From Zygnema circumcarinatum SAG 698-1b (Eukaryota > Plantae > Zygnematophyceae): a DNA stretch of 64,000 nucleotides. Each line of letters starts with the position of its first letter. Positions within the stretch are counted from its first letter, which is position 1. Under the pieces are notes generated by a model, which did not search any database, had not been told where the DNA came from, and saw only the letters and a list, made by a program, of their open reading frames with translations. Where the stretch lies: assembly GCA_037447605.1 (NCBI GenBank), contig CM074809.1:4189975-4253974 (forward strand), read 5' to 3'. Shown piece after piece: positions 36,244 to 47,800 of this stretch. The translations under genes were made by a program, and so were the position numbers.

Positions 36244-38457
36244 TCAGCCCTCTAAGGGTGCTGGCTCGAAGCGGAGAGCCACTCCGTTCATGCAGTAGCG
36301 CTTTCCCGTTGGCTGCGGCCCGTCGTCAAACACTGCCACGCCCAACAGATTACTGTCTCAAAATAGGCTTGACAGAAAAGGTTTTCCACTGGATCGAGGT
36401 CGATCTACGCACTTAACATAGTTGCACGTGCCGTTGAATTCTCCTTGAACCAAAACATCCAGTTATTTAGTCCAGTCTTCTCAAAACATAGCTTGACTGC
36501 CAGAATAGAACAGGCGCAATACGCGCCGTTCGGAGCGAGCAACACATGTACCACCCAATACAAGCTGTTCCTAACTAAATCATCACACCACCAAGTTAAA
36601 TGCGAATTGAATTGCAATTGAAGTACCGTGTTCGGCCTCCAGTTCACTAGCATCTTCATTGATATCTCATCACTAAAAACCCTCTTGTCTAACCTGTCTC
36701 CTTATTACCAATCATATTATGATTTTGACAGTTTTTCCACAACAATACTTACCACCTCCACCTTAAAAAGCCCGACATGCCGCCCCCCNNNNNNNNNNCC
36801 CCCCCCCCCCCCCCCCCCCCCCTTTTCCTACCCATGTCCTTTGCCTCGCTCACAACTCACTAAAGCCAACAGTCCCACAATGATAGCAGACCCAGAGGCA
36901 ACCACATAGACTTCTGACCTCCCATTTTAGCTGTTTCACGTAAAAACGTACCATGACCGAGGTGTGACTTGCAGTTGTTGCATTGAACCTGATTTCCATC
37001 AACCCAACCCCTGTTTTCCATCAATGACGTTTCCTGAATGTTCGCAGTAAGCAAACCTTCTCGCCTTGGAAAGGGGATGTCTACTTCCTTTAATTTACTG
37101 TAATGACTACGACCAAAAGTCGACTCCACGACTCTTGAATTGCCGCATGCCACAGCAGAAGTGGCTCATGTTTTCCTCCGTGACATATGAAGTGGATGCA
37201 GTCGGAATGACAGTGATGAAAAAGTACCGATACTTATCAAGAGCATATTTCTCCTGATGTATTCAGGGGCTCTGGTTGGCTTGGTATTGCATGGCGAATG
37301 GCCTTCTCAACCTATTGGCAAAGCATCGCAAACTTGCAGGATCGAAGACAAGGCCAGTGGAGTCATGTTGAGCTACCGTTGAGAGCCATATTCATGTGTA
37401 AATCGATGTGCAGACGAGACACAAGCCTGGAAACAAGCAGGACCATTTCAACCGACAGCGAGCGCTGCGGACGGCGGCACCTCTGTTCGCGGGTGGAAGG
37501 GGACTGAAAGGTCGGGCCGCGCGTCCACACTGCCGTTCAGGGCCGCAAAGAAGCTCGGCCAGCCCTGCAGGCCCGCTCTCCCAGCCAGCTGATGAGGAGA
37601 AAGAGCTGCGCGACTCATCTTCATGTGCTACGGAGGCATGAGATGATGGAATCTCCTCAAAAAGCGGTTCTAGACGCCACACAGTGAACCTTGCCAACAA
37701 CTTTACATCCGGATGCAAGCACAAAAGAAGCCGACTTTGACCCAGAAACTCTGCCGGAGTATTTTTGGCTGCATGTGCTTGGGTCCCTTGAGGACACTTT
37801 ACAGTAAAGAGGGAGACGATTCCTACAGTGCCGCTGTCATACTTGGCTTCGGAAGAAAATAATGGATTGCTGCACGAATGACAATGGTAAACTCCAGCTC
37901 GTTTTTCGTAGTACAGAGAACTGGCACACGCCAATATGTCCACAAAGTCACGTTGTTGCCACAGATTCCAGGGAACATCTCGAGAAAGCCAATCGCGTGA
38001 GTGTGAGTTCGTTCGCAAACAAAATCTTGACTTAAAACGCAAATTTCTCAATTCGCTCAAAAAAAGCAGGCTAAAAAGGACTTTTAGCCGCAATTTTCGA
38101 AAGAAAGGTCTGCTTTCATTGCGACGATAAATGACAAAACTGCTTAAAGCAAAGAATTGCAATAGTGTAGAGTGTGCGCGCTTCAGCTGGCGCAAGATGC
38201 GGCGCTCGCTCGCTCGCTCGCTCGCTGCAGGAGGGAGGGAGGGCGCGCTGGCTGCACCTGCTGAAGGGGTGCTCTGTGTGCACCGGGCGGCCCTCTCCCG
38301 CCCGCGCGCCCGCAAGGGCCCCTCGCCCTCGCCCTCGCCCTCGGGCCTCCTCCGCGGCGAGGCGGAGGGAGAGCGCGAGCGCGGCGGCGAGCAGCAGCGC
38401 CGCCACCGCCGCCCCGCGCCGCCGCCCCCCGGCCCCGCCCACGCCTGCGGCCGCCAT
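36244..38457 (-). CDS. MSRB: Peptide methionine sulfoxide reductase B
   Basis: Five in-phase exons (38457-38258, 37920-37827, 37564-37481, 36988-36952, 36332-36244): [29 protein letters not shown]|[17 protein letters not shown]|[20 protein letters not shown]. Confidence 0.95.
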
Positions 38458-38658
38458 GGCTGCGGCCCGCCCCGTCCCCGCGCGAGGCGAGGGAGGCGCC
38501 AAGAGGAGGAGCGGCGCCGTCGGAAAGTGAGAGGGCGCGCGCGGGGCCGGGCCGGACCGCGCAGGACGCGGGCAGGCGTGCCTCCCTCTCTCCCCCTATG
38601 TCTCTCTCGCTCCTCTTTTCCTCTCTCTCTCTCTCTCTCTCTCCCCCCCCCCGCTGCA

Positions 38659-41063
38659 ATGTTCGCCTGCGCGGCAGTGCCCGCCCTCCCCCTCCCCCTC
38701 CCCTCCCCGCCGCCTCTGCGCCATGGCGCCCGCCTCGTGCCCACCGCGGCCGCCCTGCGCGCCGGCCCGGCCCCTCACGCCCCCGCTGCGGCTCCGAGGT
38801 GGCGCTCTGCCGCCACCGTGAGAAGGCCGCCCGCGCAGAGGGCCTCCGCCAGGGCGTCGACGGCGGAAGAGGGCCTCCTGCCCTCGCTGGAGCCGCTGGA
38901 GAGCGAGGACGGCACGCCTGTTCTCCTCAATGTCCGCCTTGCTGCTCTGCTGCACCTCCACTTTCCCGGAATATCTCCTCTCACAAGCCTCATACTTTGC
39001 GTTGTTTTGTCCAACCTGGCGATTGTTTTGTTCTGATGTGCAAGGGGGTACCACATTTCCGTGTTCAATCTCTGTCGTACGTGTGGTCTTAAATGGTTTT
39101 CTGGTAAAGCAATCCGGAATTTTTTTCTGGTATAAGTAATGTGAGAAGAAGTTTAAAAGTGGCACGCTTCAATCTTTTTTAATGTTTCACCTGTGATCAT
39201 TGTGATCCGTTTTCAAAACGAAGAGTCGATCTGCAGGGGAATAGGAACTGGAGCGACATTTTTGTTAACGTGCCCGCTGATTGATCTCTGAAACACGTAT
39301 ATGCGGTCCTGTATAAGGGATGGAGAAAAAAGAAGCAACTCGGTAGTGCATAGATGTCTGCAGTATGGTTAAAGTGGACTGATATATTGCGGTGGTGTAG
39401 AGGTGATGGTGAGGACCCCCTTAGTAGGGAAGCAAGCATCCATCATTTGGACCGAGCAGCATGCAGCGGTGAAATGGAATTCGCTTTTGCGTGGGAATGG
39501 GCAACCAGGAGGAAGTGAAAGGAAGCGGAGTTCTCTTATTTACTTACCCGAAAGCTGACAGCAGCGGATGTACGAAACAGGCAATTGCCTCCCTCCCTCA
39601 CCCCCTCGTTTGGTGCATCTGACACGCGTGCGGCTCCCGTGGAGTGAGGACCAACTAGTCCAACTCTTTCCAACTGTGGCAGGTGGCTTTTTGCACTTGC
39701 AAACAAGATAAATCCTTTAGTTTGGTTACATTCAGGGAGGACATTCGTGTCCATATTGTTAAGGACATTTGCATTAATTTAACTGAACAGAGCTGGTGGA
39801 ATTTGTTGAAGTGCACAACGGAGAATGGTGGGGTTGCCAGGCTTGCGGGTTCAACGATGCCCGTCAGCAGTTTGCGAACGCAGGCTACAAGATCTTTGGC
39901 ATCAGTGCTGACACACCAGCAGCTCAGGCTGCATGGAAAGTGAAACAGAAGTATGAATTCACTCTTTTGAGTGATCCATCACATAAGGTATGAGAAAGTC
40001 CTATTGTAGGCTGCCAGCCCTTGCAAGTTTCAGACTCGTTAGACGCTCAATTCCCGTTTTGAGAACTTAGTTTTACGACAGGGGATATTTAAAACAGCAG
40101 ATTCGTTATGCCTATCGTGCTGTCTGCATTACAATCAAATCCACAAAACTTATAATTCGTGTGCAAAGAACTACTGCGTCTTGAAGGTCACCTTCATACT
40201 CCGTCAAAGGTTATCTAGTAGGGGACCAGAGTCGATAGCAGGTTTCAATAGTCATACAAGGGACAAATATTTCCCCTGGACAGTGTAGCTTGAGCTATCT
40301 TCGTGAAACGTCCTCTTCCAGTCCGGCAACTTGGTACGATGTAGAAAGCAGCAAGTTGTCGAGTACACTCAGACCAAGGCAGCGTACTAATGGGGCAAAG
40401 GTGGCCATTGGGTGCGTAGCAGGCTTTGAAAGCTCTGGGTGTATCGGACGGCACGAACATCACAAGGTGAGCAGTCACACAGTTCCACGTGCGCTAGTTG
40501 GACATTGTATGCGTTGACCATTCACACATTTCCTCGAAAGAAGACAAAACACAAGTTTGCCCATCCCGTCATTCTTCAAGGTCCATGCTATGCTTTTGTT
40601 GCCGTTTAAAACCAAAGAAAATCGCAAATCAAGCGTCTGCTGGATCATGGATTGAACCCGCTGATCCTGCTGCGTTCCTTCTTTTCCTACTGCTTCATAG
40701 TCTGCCCTTTCTTCAATTCCCAAGACCAGTTCCGCAACCCCTAGGCAACCTCTGGTGTTATAGAGAGGTTAATCTTTCGCAGGACGAATATGTTATGTTT
40801 GCAAACGTAAAATCGAAGCATGGGTGACACAGTAAGGTGACCTTTCCTGTGTTGCAGATCCCACTTTTTGATTGAGAGGGGCGGCAAGATCCTTGATGCC
40901 CGCATCGGTGTCAAGTCGGGGGATAGCGTTCCGGAAGCGCTGAAAACCATCGGGACAGAGACAGACAACCTATCGAAGGGTAGTTTTTTGGATGCTTGAT
41001 GGTTCCTTTCTGTGTTAGATTCCTGTGAACTGTAACGTGGTTATTTTTTGTGCAGGGAATTGA
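38659..41063 (+). CDS. BCP/PrxQ-family peroxiredoxin with a transit-peptide-like N-terminus
   Basis: FTYPKADSSGCTKQ|ACGFND...IFGISAD...FTLLSDP...ITR|SHFLIERGGKI; exons 38659-38931, 39509-39580, 39841-39987, 40423-40467, about 40858-40979, 41056-41063. Confidence 0.9.
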
Positions 41064-41646
41064 TATTTTCTTAGGAAAATGGATGGCATACATTAGGGAT
41101 GCTGTGGCCCATTTCACGTTAAAGTTTTGTTGGAATTTACAAAATGATGAAACGAGCCAAATGCCCTAGCATCAACTTGGAGAACAGGTGACTTCCACTA
41201 TGAATGTGCGGACTGGCTGAGGCACATTTTTGCACGTTGCGCGTGAACCACAGTCGTCAGCACAAGCAGTTGCGTGTTTTGTTCAATGATTTGCCTACAG
41301 ACACAAGTAATTCAAAAGTGAAACATTTGTGAGCATTTGCGTTGAAGTCAATCGTGGATTAGCGCACTATCGATGGTGGTGTCGTTCCAAAGCACATGCT
41401 TTAGACACTTTCAAACCTTTCGCACTACCCACAGTAGCTTCTGCCGCCTTGTTATCTGTATCTTTAAGCGTAAAAAAATGCTACTTACGGTGGAGGCTGT
41501 TGAATAGTCTCAAGAACCCAGAGAATGCATTGGAGGAGTAATAAGCAAAAAACTGCCGAGTTGAATTCAGGTATTGAGTGTTGCACAATGGCATTGTCAA
41601 CGACAAATACCCACATCAACAGGTGTGTTCATACTTCTCATGCTTT

Positions 41647-44410
41647 TCAGGCTCTTTCTCTCTCCCTTCGCCGACTATTTCCCTCCCTATCCCTGTCGCG
41701 GTGACGATCCCTATCTCTCCGATTGTCCCGATCTCGATCCCTGTCCTTCTCCCACTGGCGGTCACGAAGCCGGTCCTTGTCCATCTCTCTCTCTCGATCT
41801 CGAAGACGTTGACGTTCCCGTTCCCGATCAGAGTCACGCCCAGGTCTCTCTCGTTCCCTACTTCGACTGCCACAAGGTAAGGGCAAACACAATCAAGAAG
41901 ACTGGATCAGCCAATCACTCGAACCACCTTTCAGCCTGGTTAAGGTCGCTATTGTTAATCTGTGTCATACATCGCATTGTCAGGGAAACAATCAGCTAGA
42001 TGAATGCGGCGTTGAATAGTATCCCACACTTCATACAAGGCGTAAAAAGACAGTCGAGGAGTACCTTCTTTCTCTTCTCGACTCTCGCTCCCTCTCACTC
42101 CGTCCGTTCTGTATGGGGCACATGCATTCATGGTCAGATACAATCAGAGCTCCTCCTCCCCTTAAATGCTTTCCTCAGATTTCCTAAGTTACTGCTCTCT
42201 ATCACAGAGTCTCCCAGACATGCACGCGCTACCCTGTTCTCTCGGCTGGGGGACGAGGGAGGAACTCCTCCTAAACAAAAGACAGTATTCGATGACCCTC
42301 CACTCATCCACACATATATTCCCCTGTCACACTACTCCAGGCTCCATTCATGCTTGCTCACTCTCTATACTACTCTCTATGTAACTCTCTCCCTCTGTAT
42401 CCTTTTCCTCCCTCAGAATCCAAACACAGTGGCATATGCTTGACGCCCCCGTTCTGGCTTGCTTCACTATGATGCCTTCCGGGACGAACGTTCAGAGGCT
42501 TGACATTTGAATTATAAAAAAATATTCCCCGCACACCAGGTCTCGACCTGTCGCGCCGGGAAATATCAATCATAGCATGATGGCGTTCTCCCACTCGCCT
42601 AGATTTGCCCTGCTCTCATACTTGCCCTTTGCATCATGCACCTCCTGCTTGGGGAACCTGCTTGCCTATGCCAGTCGTGTTGCTTAATTTTCTTAAACAA
42701 ACCCTTTTGGAGTGAACATGGAACATAAATCTCACTCTCTCTTTGGTGACCGAGTCCGGAGCGCCTTCAACTTCAGTGGCGTTCCTCTCTCCGTTGGAGA
42801 CTTGAGTTGACCCATCGACGGGACTAGGTGCATCTTTCCGTCGGCTCTCCCTTTCAGCTTCGCGCTTTTTACGAAGTTCAGCGGCCATTTGCCTTATTCT
42901 ATAGTATCCCTGGCAGGCATACAAACGAAAAAGAGCTGTAAGCGACTTCCTATGTAATTAAGACAACGTTTCTAAGCGAGCTGACTGACTGGAGCAGCTG
43001 ACTATCTCCGTGAAGGAAGGTACACTCAATCCCATTCAAGATTTTTTTTTTTTTTTTTCAAGAAAATTAACTAGAGAAGAGAATTTTCACTTCAGTCTCA
43101 ACTCGCCACAGGTATTGACGCTGAGGTATGACGAGTTCAAACCGAAAACCAGTACAAGAGTTGTGCTTTTGGTAAGTATTTGGATGAGAAAGCTCCTACC
43201 AAGTGCTGCTTTCCTTCTAAATGGGAAGCCAAACGCTTTTCAGTGTCGGTTGAAGCCTGCATTGCGCCACAAACTTCGCAGACTTGCATGCGCTTCTCTT
43301 TTTCCAAAACGGAGGATACAGCAAATTCCGGTATCACAGCGCGCACCAAGGCATCCTTCTCCTTGTTCAGTGTATCTACCTACGAGAGCTAACACGTCCA
43401 CCGCGCTAGTCAATAAACAAGTCGAAACGAAGATGTTTAAGGTCAAGCAGACGTGCTAATGTCCACACAAACAAGACGAGTATAGTCAAGCAGGCATAAG
43501 CAGCGTGTGCATGCTGCCAAAACACATGGCAAAAAAAGTAAAATGCCACACACGATCTAAGGCAGGATAGTGATTTACATAAAAACTGGCACATGATAGC
43601 AGAGAGGTAAGTGGCAAACACCACCTTTGCCATCGTCGCCTGCGCAAGGTCCACCAATCCGTCTTCTCCCTCTTTTTCTGCTTGCTTCAAAAGCGCTTGC
43701 ACTTCCATAGCTATACCAGATATGCGATCGCTGTTTGCCTTCGCCTGGTCTGTAAGAGGGAGCTCCTTGTCAAGCCGTTCGTGACAACGCTTTATTTTTC
43801 TGCACAGTAAAGAAGCTCGTGCAACGGCGACAATGTTTTCAAATAGGATATCTCAGAAACGCATAAGAAAAACGCAGTTACGGTAGCAGCAACCCAACAG
43901 TATGGCTTGAAAGAGAGATTTTGTCAAATTGATAGCCAGGAAGTGTATGAACCTGAAGCCCGCCTACCTTTCCAAGTCTGCGATTAGGCGATCCAGATAT
44001 TGCAGCAGCTCACCCTCATAAACAGCAACTTTGCTGGACTTAAGATAGTCCTCCCGCAAGTTGTCATCATGTGCTTTTCCGCATGGCCCTAAATCACTCC
44101 TTGTGTTTGGAAAAAGGTCATGAGGACAGAAGGCGGCCAAATGATAGTGGCAAACCTGTCAAATACTTCCGGGAACTCATCAGCGCTGCAGGTCAGGTTA
44201 CGTCAGGCTGCACCAGGAGCCTGTAGCGAGCGACCAAGGATAGCAATGAGCCCTTGCGTCATAAGAGCCCGGCATCACTCGCAAGAAAGCAAGCGGAAGC
44301 AGCGAGCTGACCTCGGGGTCGTCATAGCGCAGCTTCTTCTTCTTCTGCTGGTCGAGAGGGAGGTCGCGGTCCACGCCCATGAGCTCGTCGAGCAGCGCCT
44401 TGTTGTCCAT
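41647..44410 (-). CDS. LUC7: LUC7 family U1 snRNP-associated splicing factor
   Basis: KALLDELMG.DR, YDDPEV|CHYHLAAFCPHDLFPNT, SDLGPC, MQVCEVCGAMQASTDTEKRLASHLEGKQH, RD/RE-rich C-terminus. Confidence 0.93.
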
Positions 44411-44697
44411 CCCGCGCGCCCGAAAGGGCAGCACCCTGCATCCGCCTCCGCCTCCGCCTCCGCCTCTGCCGCCCTGGCAATGGCCGTGGCAGTGGCAGTG
44501 GCAGCAGCGCGGCAGGGAGGACAGAGCGGGCAGAGGGGCGGCGAGGGAGCGAGCGAGCGAGCGCGCGCGCAGAGCAGGGCTGCTGCGGCTCTTGCTGCTA
44601 CTGCTGTTGCTGCGTCGTCGTCGTCGCGGCGCCGGACCGGTCCGGCCTCGCTCCCAACAGCGAAGCGAAAAGAAGGGACGCGCGCCCGCCGACGGGC

Positions 44698-44824
44698 GCC
44701 GCGGGGGAGGGAGGGAGGTAGGGAGGCAGTGAGGGAGGGTGGGAGGGAGGGGCAGGGAGAGCCCGCGGGGGAGGGAGGGAGGTAGGGAGGCAGTGAGGGA
44801 GGGTGGGAGGGAGGGGCAGGGAGA
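44698..44824. promoter_or_regulatory. Tandem 63-64-bp duplication of a (GGGA)-rich block in the LUC7/SMG1 divergent intergenic region
   Basis: Two adjacent near-identical copies starting at about 44698 and 44761. Confidence 0.75.
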
Positions 44825-44895
44825 GGGAGAAGCGGAGGGGGAGGGGAGGTGTGGTGGCATACTGCAGCGTAGCGCCCTTTCGCCCTCCCTCGACC

Positions 44896-47800
44896 ATGAC
44901 CATGGCACGAGCGGGGGCGGATGGGGGAGGAGGAAGAGCGGGAGCGGATGCGGCCAAGCTCGATGCGCAAGGCACGGAGCAGCTGCTGGCCTGGGCGCTG
45001 CCTCAGCTCAGTGACGCGGGGGGAGGGGGAGGAGGAGACACCGGCGGGGCCGCTCTGGCGCTTGCTGCGCTATGCGACCTGGCGCTGGTGGGGTCTGCTG
45101 TGTCCGCCGCGCACGTGGATCGCACCTTGGAAGTCTGCCAGGCGCTTCTGGAGGACGAGGCAACACCTCCTGCCCTCCTGCAGCCGCTGCTGCGTCTGTT
45201 GGCAGCGATCGCCTTGCATCATTCTGACAGCATGCAAACCCGCTTCGAGGACATAGTAGACCTGTTGCTGGGTTGGGCGCTCGAGCCCAATATCTCTGCT
45301 TCGGATCACGTGCTCATATCCCGCTGCTTCTTGCATTTCCACTCCCTTTGGGCGAGAAAATTCCACATGGCCCAAGGCCTTCTCAGCAAGCTTCTCGGCG
45401 ACATGGAAGCGCTTGCTAGTGAAGCCATTCTCAAGCTTCGACGGCTGGAGGCTTTGACCGCGTGCTTTTGCGCAGTCCTACAGGCCACGTGGCAGGGCCT
45501 GCAGACATCCGTAGAACCAGCGGACCGCGCGCCTTCCCTGGTTCAGCAAACAGGTGTGATGCTCCAGCGCTGGCTCGCCTGTGCCTCCACAGTCGCAGCT
45601 TCTTGCTCAGTAGCCGCACCCACTTTCGCACGTTCGCCTGTATGGCTCGCGCACCTCTGTCAGTTGCTCAGCACTTTTGCGGACATTCTTGGGACGCAGC
45701 TGGCCGCCAGCTACCTGCCTTTGCTCGCCTGCATTGAGAGCTATCTCGCACTTGTAAAGAGCAAAGCGAGTGACCTCATTCTGCTGCTGAATACCAATGT
45801 CCACCTCCTTGCTGTCCAAGGAATGAGCCTGCCACTTTCAGCACTCCGTCGTCTCATGTCGCCTGATGGACCCCTTTTTCACCTCCGCTTTCACAGCAAC
45901 CGCACATTGGCTGGGAGAGTCGCGGCAACTTATGGGCACTTGCTATGTCATCCTCAGGCACGGATAATTCTCGTCGAGGAAGTTAAGGGCTTGTTGCGAA
46001 ATTTGTATAGCTTTCGTTTGAAAGACAATATAGAGTTACCAGCTAGTCTTAGGGAGGACGGGACACCAATCGGCGAGACAGAGCTGAATATTCAGCAACT
46101 GTCAGAACGGCAAATTTTAGCTTCAATTAAATTTAATGTTAGGGCGCTGCTCGTGCACCTGATCGAGAGTACCGCAGCCAATGTAAGGCCGATTGGACCC
46201 CCTAGCGCTCGTGAAGGATCCAAACGTGACAATGCCGCATCAACTAGGAAGTACAGCCCTTCTTCAAGTATGTTGATCCCTTGTTTGCGACTGTTTCCGG
46301 AGCTGACACCAGCACATCCGGGATTGCAAGTTCTGCTGCTGCAAGCCATGCGCCAAGTTAAGCTTCACATTATTGATTGCGGAGCGATCTTGAGTAATTC
46401 ACAGAAGTTGCAAAGAAATGGAACAGAGTTGACCGAGGAAGATAAGCCTCCGAATGAGCTTGAGAGCTTGAGTAGCTGGGTATTGGTTAAGGCCTTGCAT
46501 AGCTCCGCTCCTCTACCTGCGAAGTTAGAAGCACTAGACTGGATTTCTCATTCTGTAGGCGAGTCCAGCACAGCTGATACCAGTAACAGTAATGGTGTAC
46601 CGAAATTTGTGCGGACTAGTTTTAAAGCTCTTGTATCTGCTTCTTGGGATAAGGAGGCAGTGATTCGTGAAAAGGTGGCTGCTACAAGCCTGCTTCTAGT
46701 AGAGAGGGACCTTCTACAACCCAATCAATTATATTTACTGGCTTCAGCTGCATTTCAAAGGCAGGCAGACACGGAAAGCAGTGTGCGGAAGGCATTTGGT
46801 CAGGTGCTGGCTGCCTGTGCTCCAGCTGCTTTATGGCTGCAGGAATCGTTACAGCCAGGTCCTTCGTCTAGTCTTCTTGGAAAACTGACTTATCCATCAT
46901 GGCCGGTGACGAAAGACACGGTAAAACCACAATTGTTGGTGGCTGTGCTGAATTTTCTCGCACAGCGTCGTGTGCCCTATCCACCCAATTGGCTGCAAAG
47001 GCTTCTTCATTCTTCTTCCATTTCACACGTAACTTCCACATTGGGAGACACTCCTAGCCATGTAGCGCACTCACTGGTGGACTCTGGCAAAGATCCTCCA
47101 GATGGGTTGTTGGTGGATACGATCATCACCAATAATAGCACACATGCTGCCTGGTTGGCCATCCAACAAGCAGCTCAGCAGTGCGTTATGGCTCGTTTAC
47201 GAACTCATTTGGGTGGTCCATCAGCAACATTCAGTTCTTTGGAAAGAATCCTGCAAGATATATCGCAACAGTGCATGAGTGAACAGGGAGAACGTGATTG
47301 TGTGGGAACGGCGAACGCTTCGGCTGCGCTTTTGCCTATGCGGCTTGTACCTGAATTCGTGGATGCTCTGGAACGTCATGTCTACAACGCTTATGAAGGC
47401 TGCACGGGATTGCCAGCAGCTTCTCAGGCAAGCACAACCTTCTTCATGGCCAACCGGAAAGTATGTGAAGAGTGGTTTGGGCGCATGCGTGAAGCGGTCC
47501 TCCATGCAGGCCTTGCCGTGCACAGCCCCAGTGTGGCCCTTCGCGCAGGCGCCCTCCGGCTGCAGGACCTCCGCTCGCTGGCCGCTGCCGCCGCCCGGGC
47601 CGCCGCGCACCCTGAGGGGACCGCGCCGATGCTGGCCCGCATACGGCAGGATGTGCAGCACGTTCTGCGCCACGTGGCGCTGGCTATGTATCGCTGCAGA
47701 GACCGGGATGGCTTGGTGGGATTGCAGACATGGGCTGCGGCCTCCCTGGGAGGACTGCTGCAGGACTGTGGGATGTCGTACGAGGAAGGGAGCAATCCAT

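Larger units (their letters stand above)
1704..36798. other. Assembly gaps (10-N placeholders)
   Basis: N runs at 1704-1713, 6836-6845, 17362-17371, 17715-17724, 24802-24811 and 36789-36798, plus a single N at 12050; true sizes unknown. Confidence 0.95.

Noticed and set aside
36175-36255. Possible last exon VEFTELEKKLKW... overlapping the MSRB stop codon
   Set aside because: Only an acceptor-like site and a short open frame; no link to upstream exons shown.
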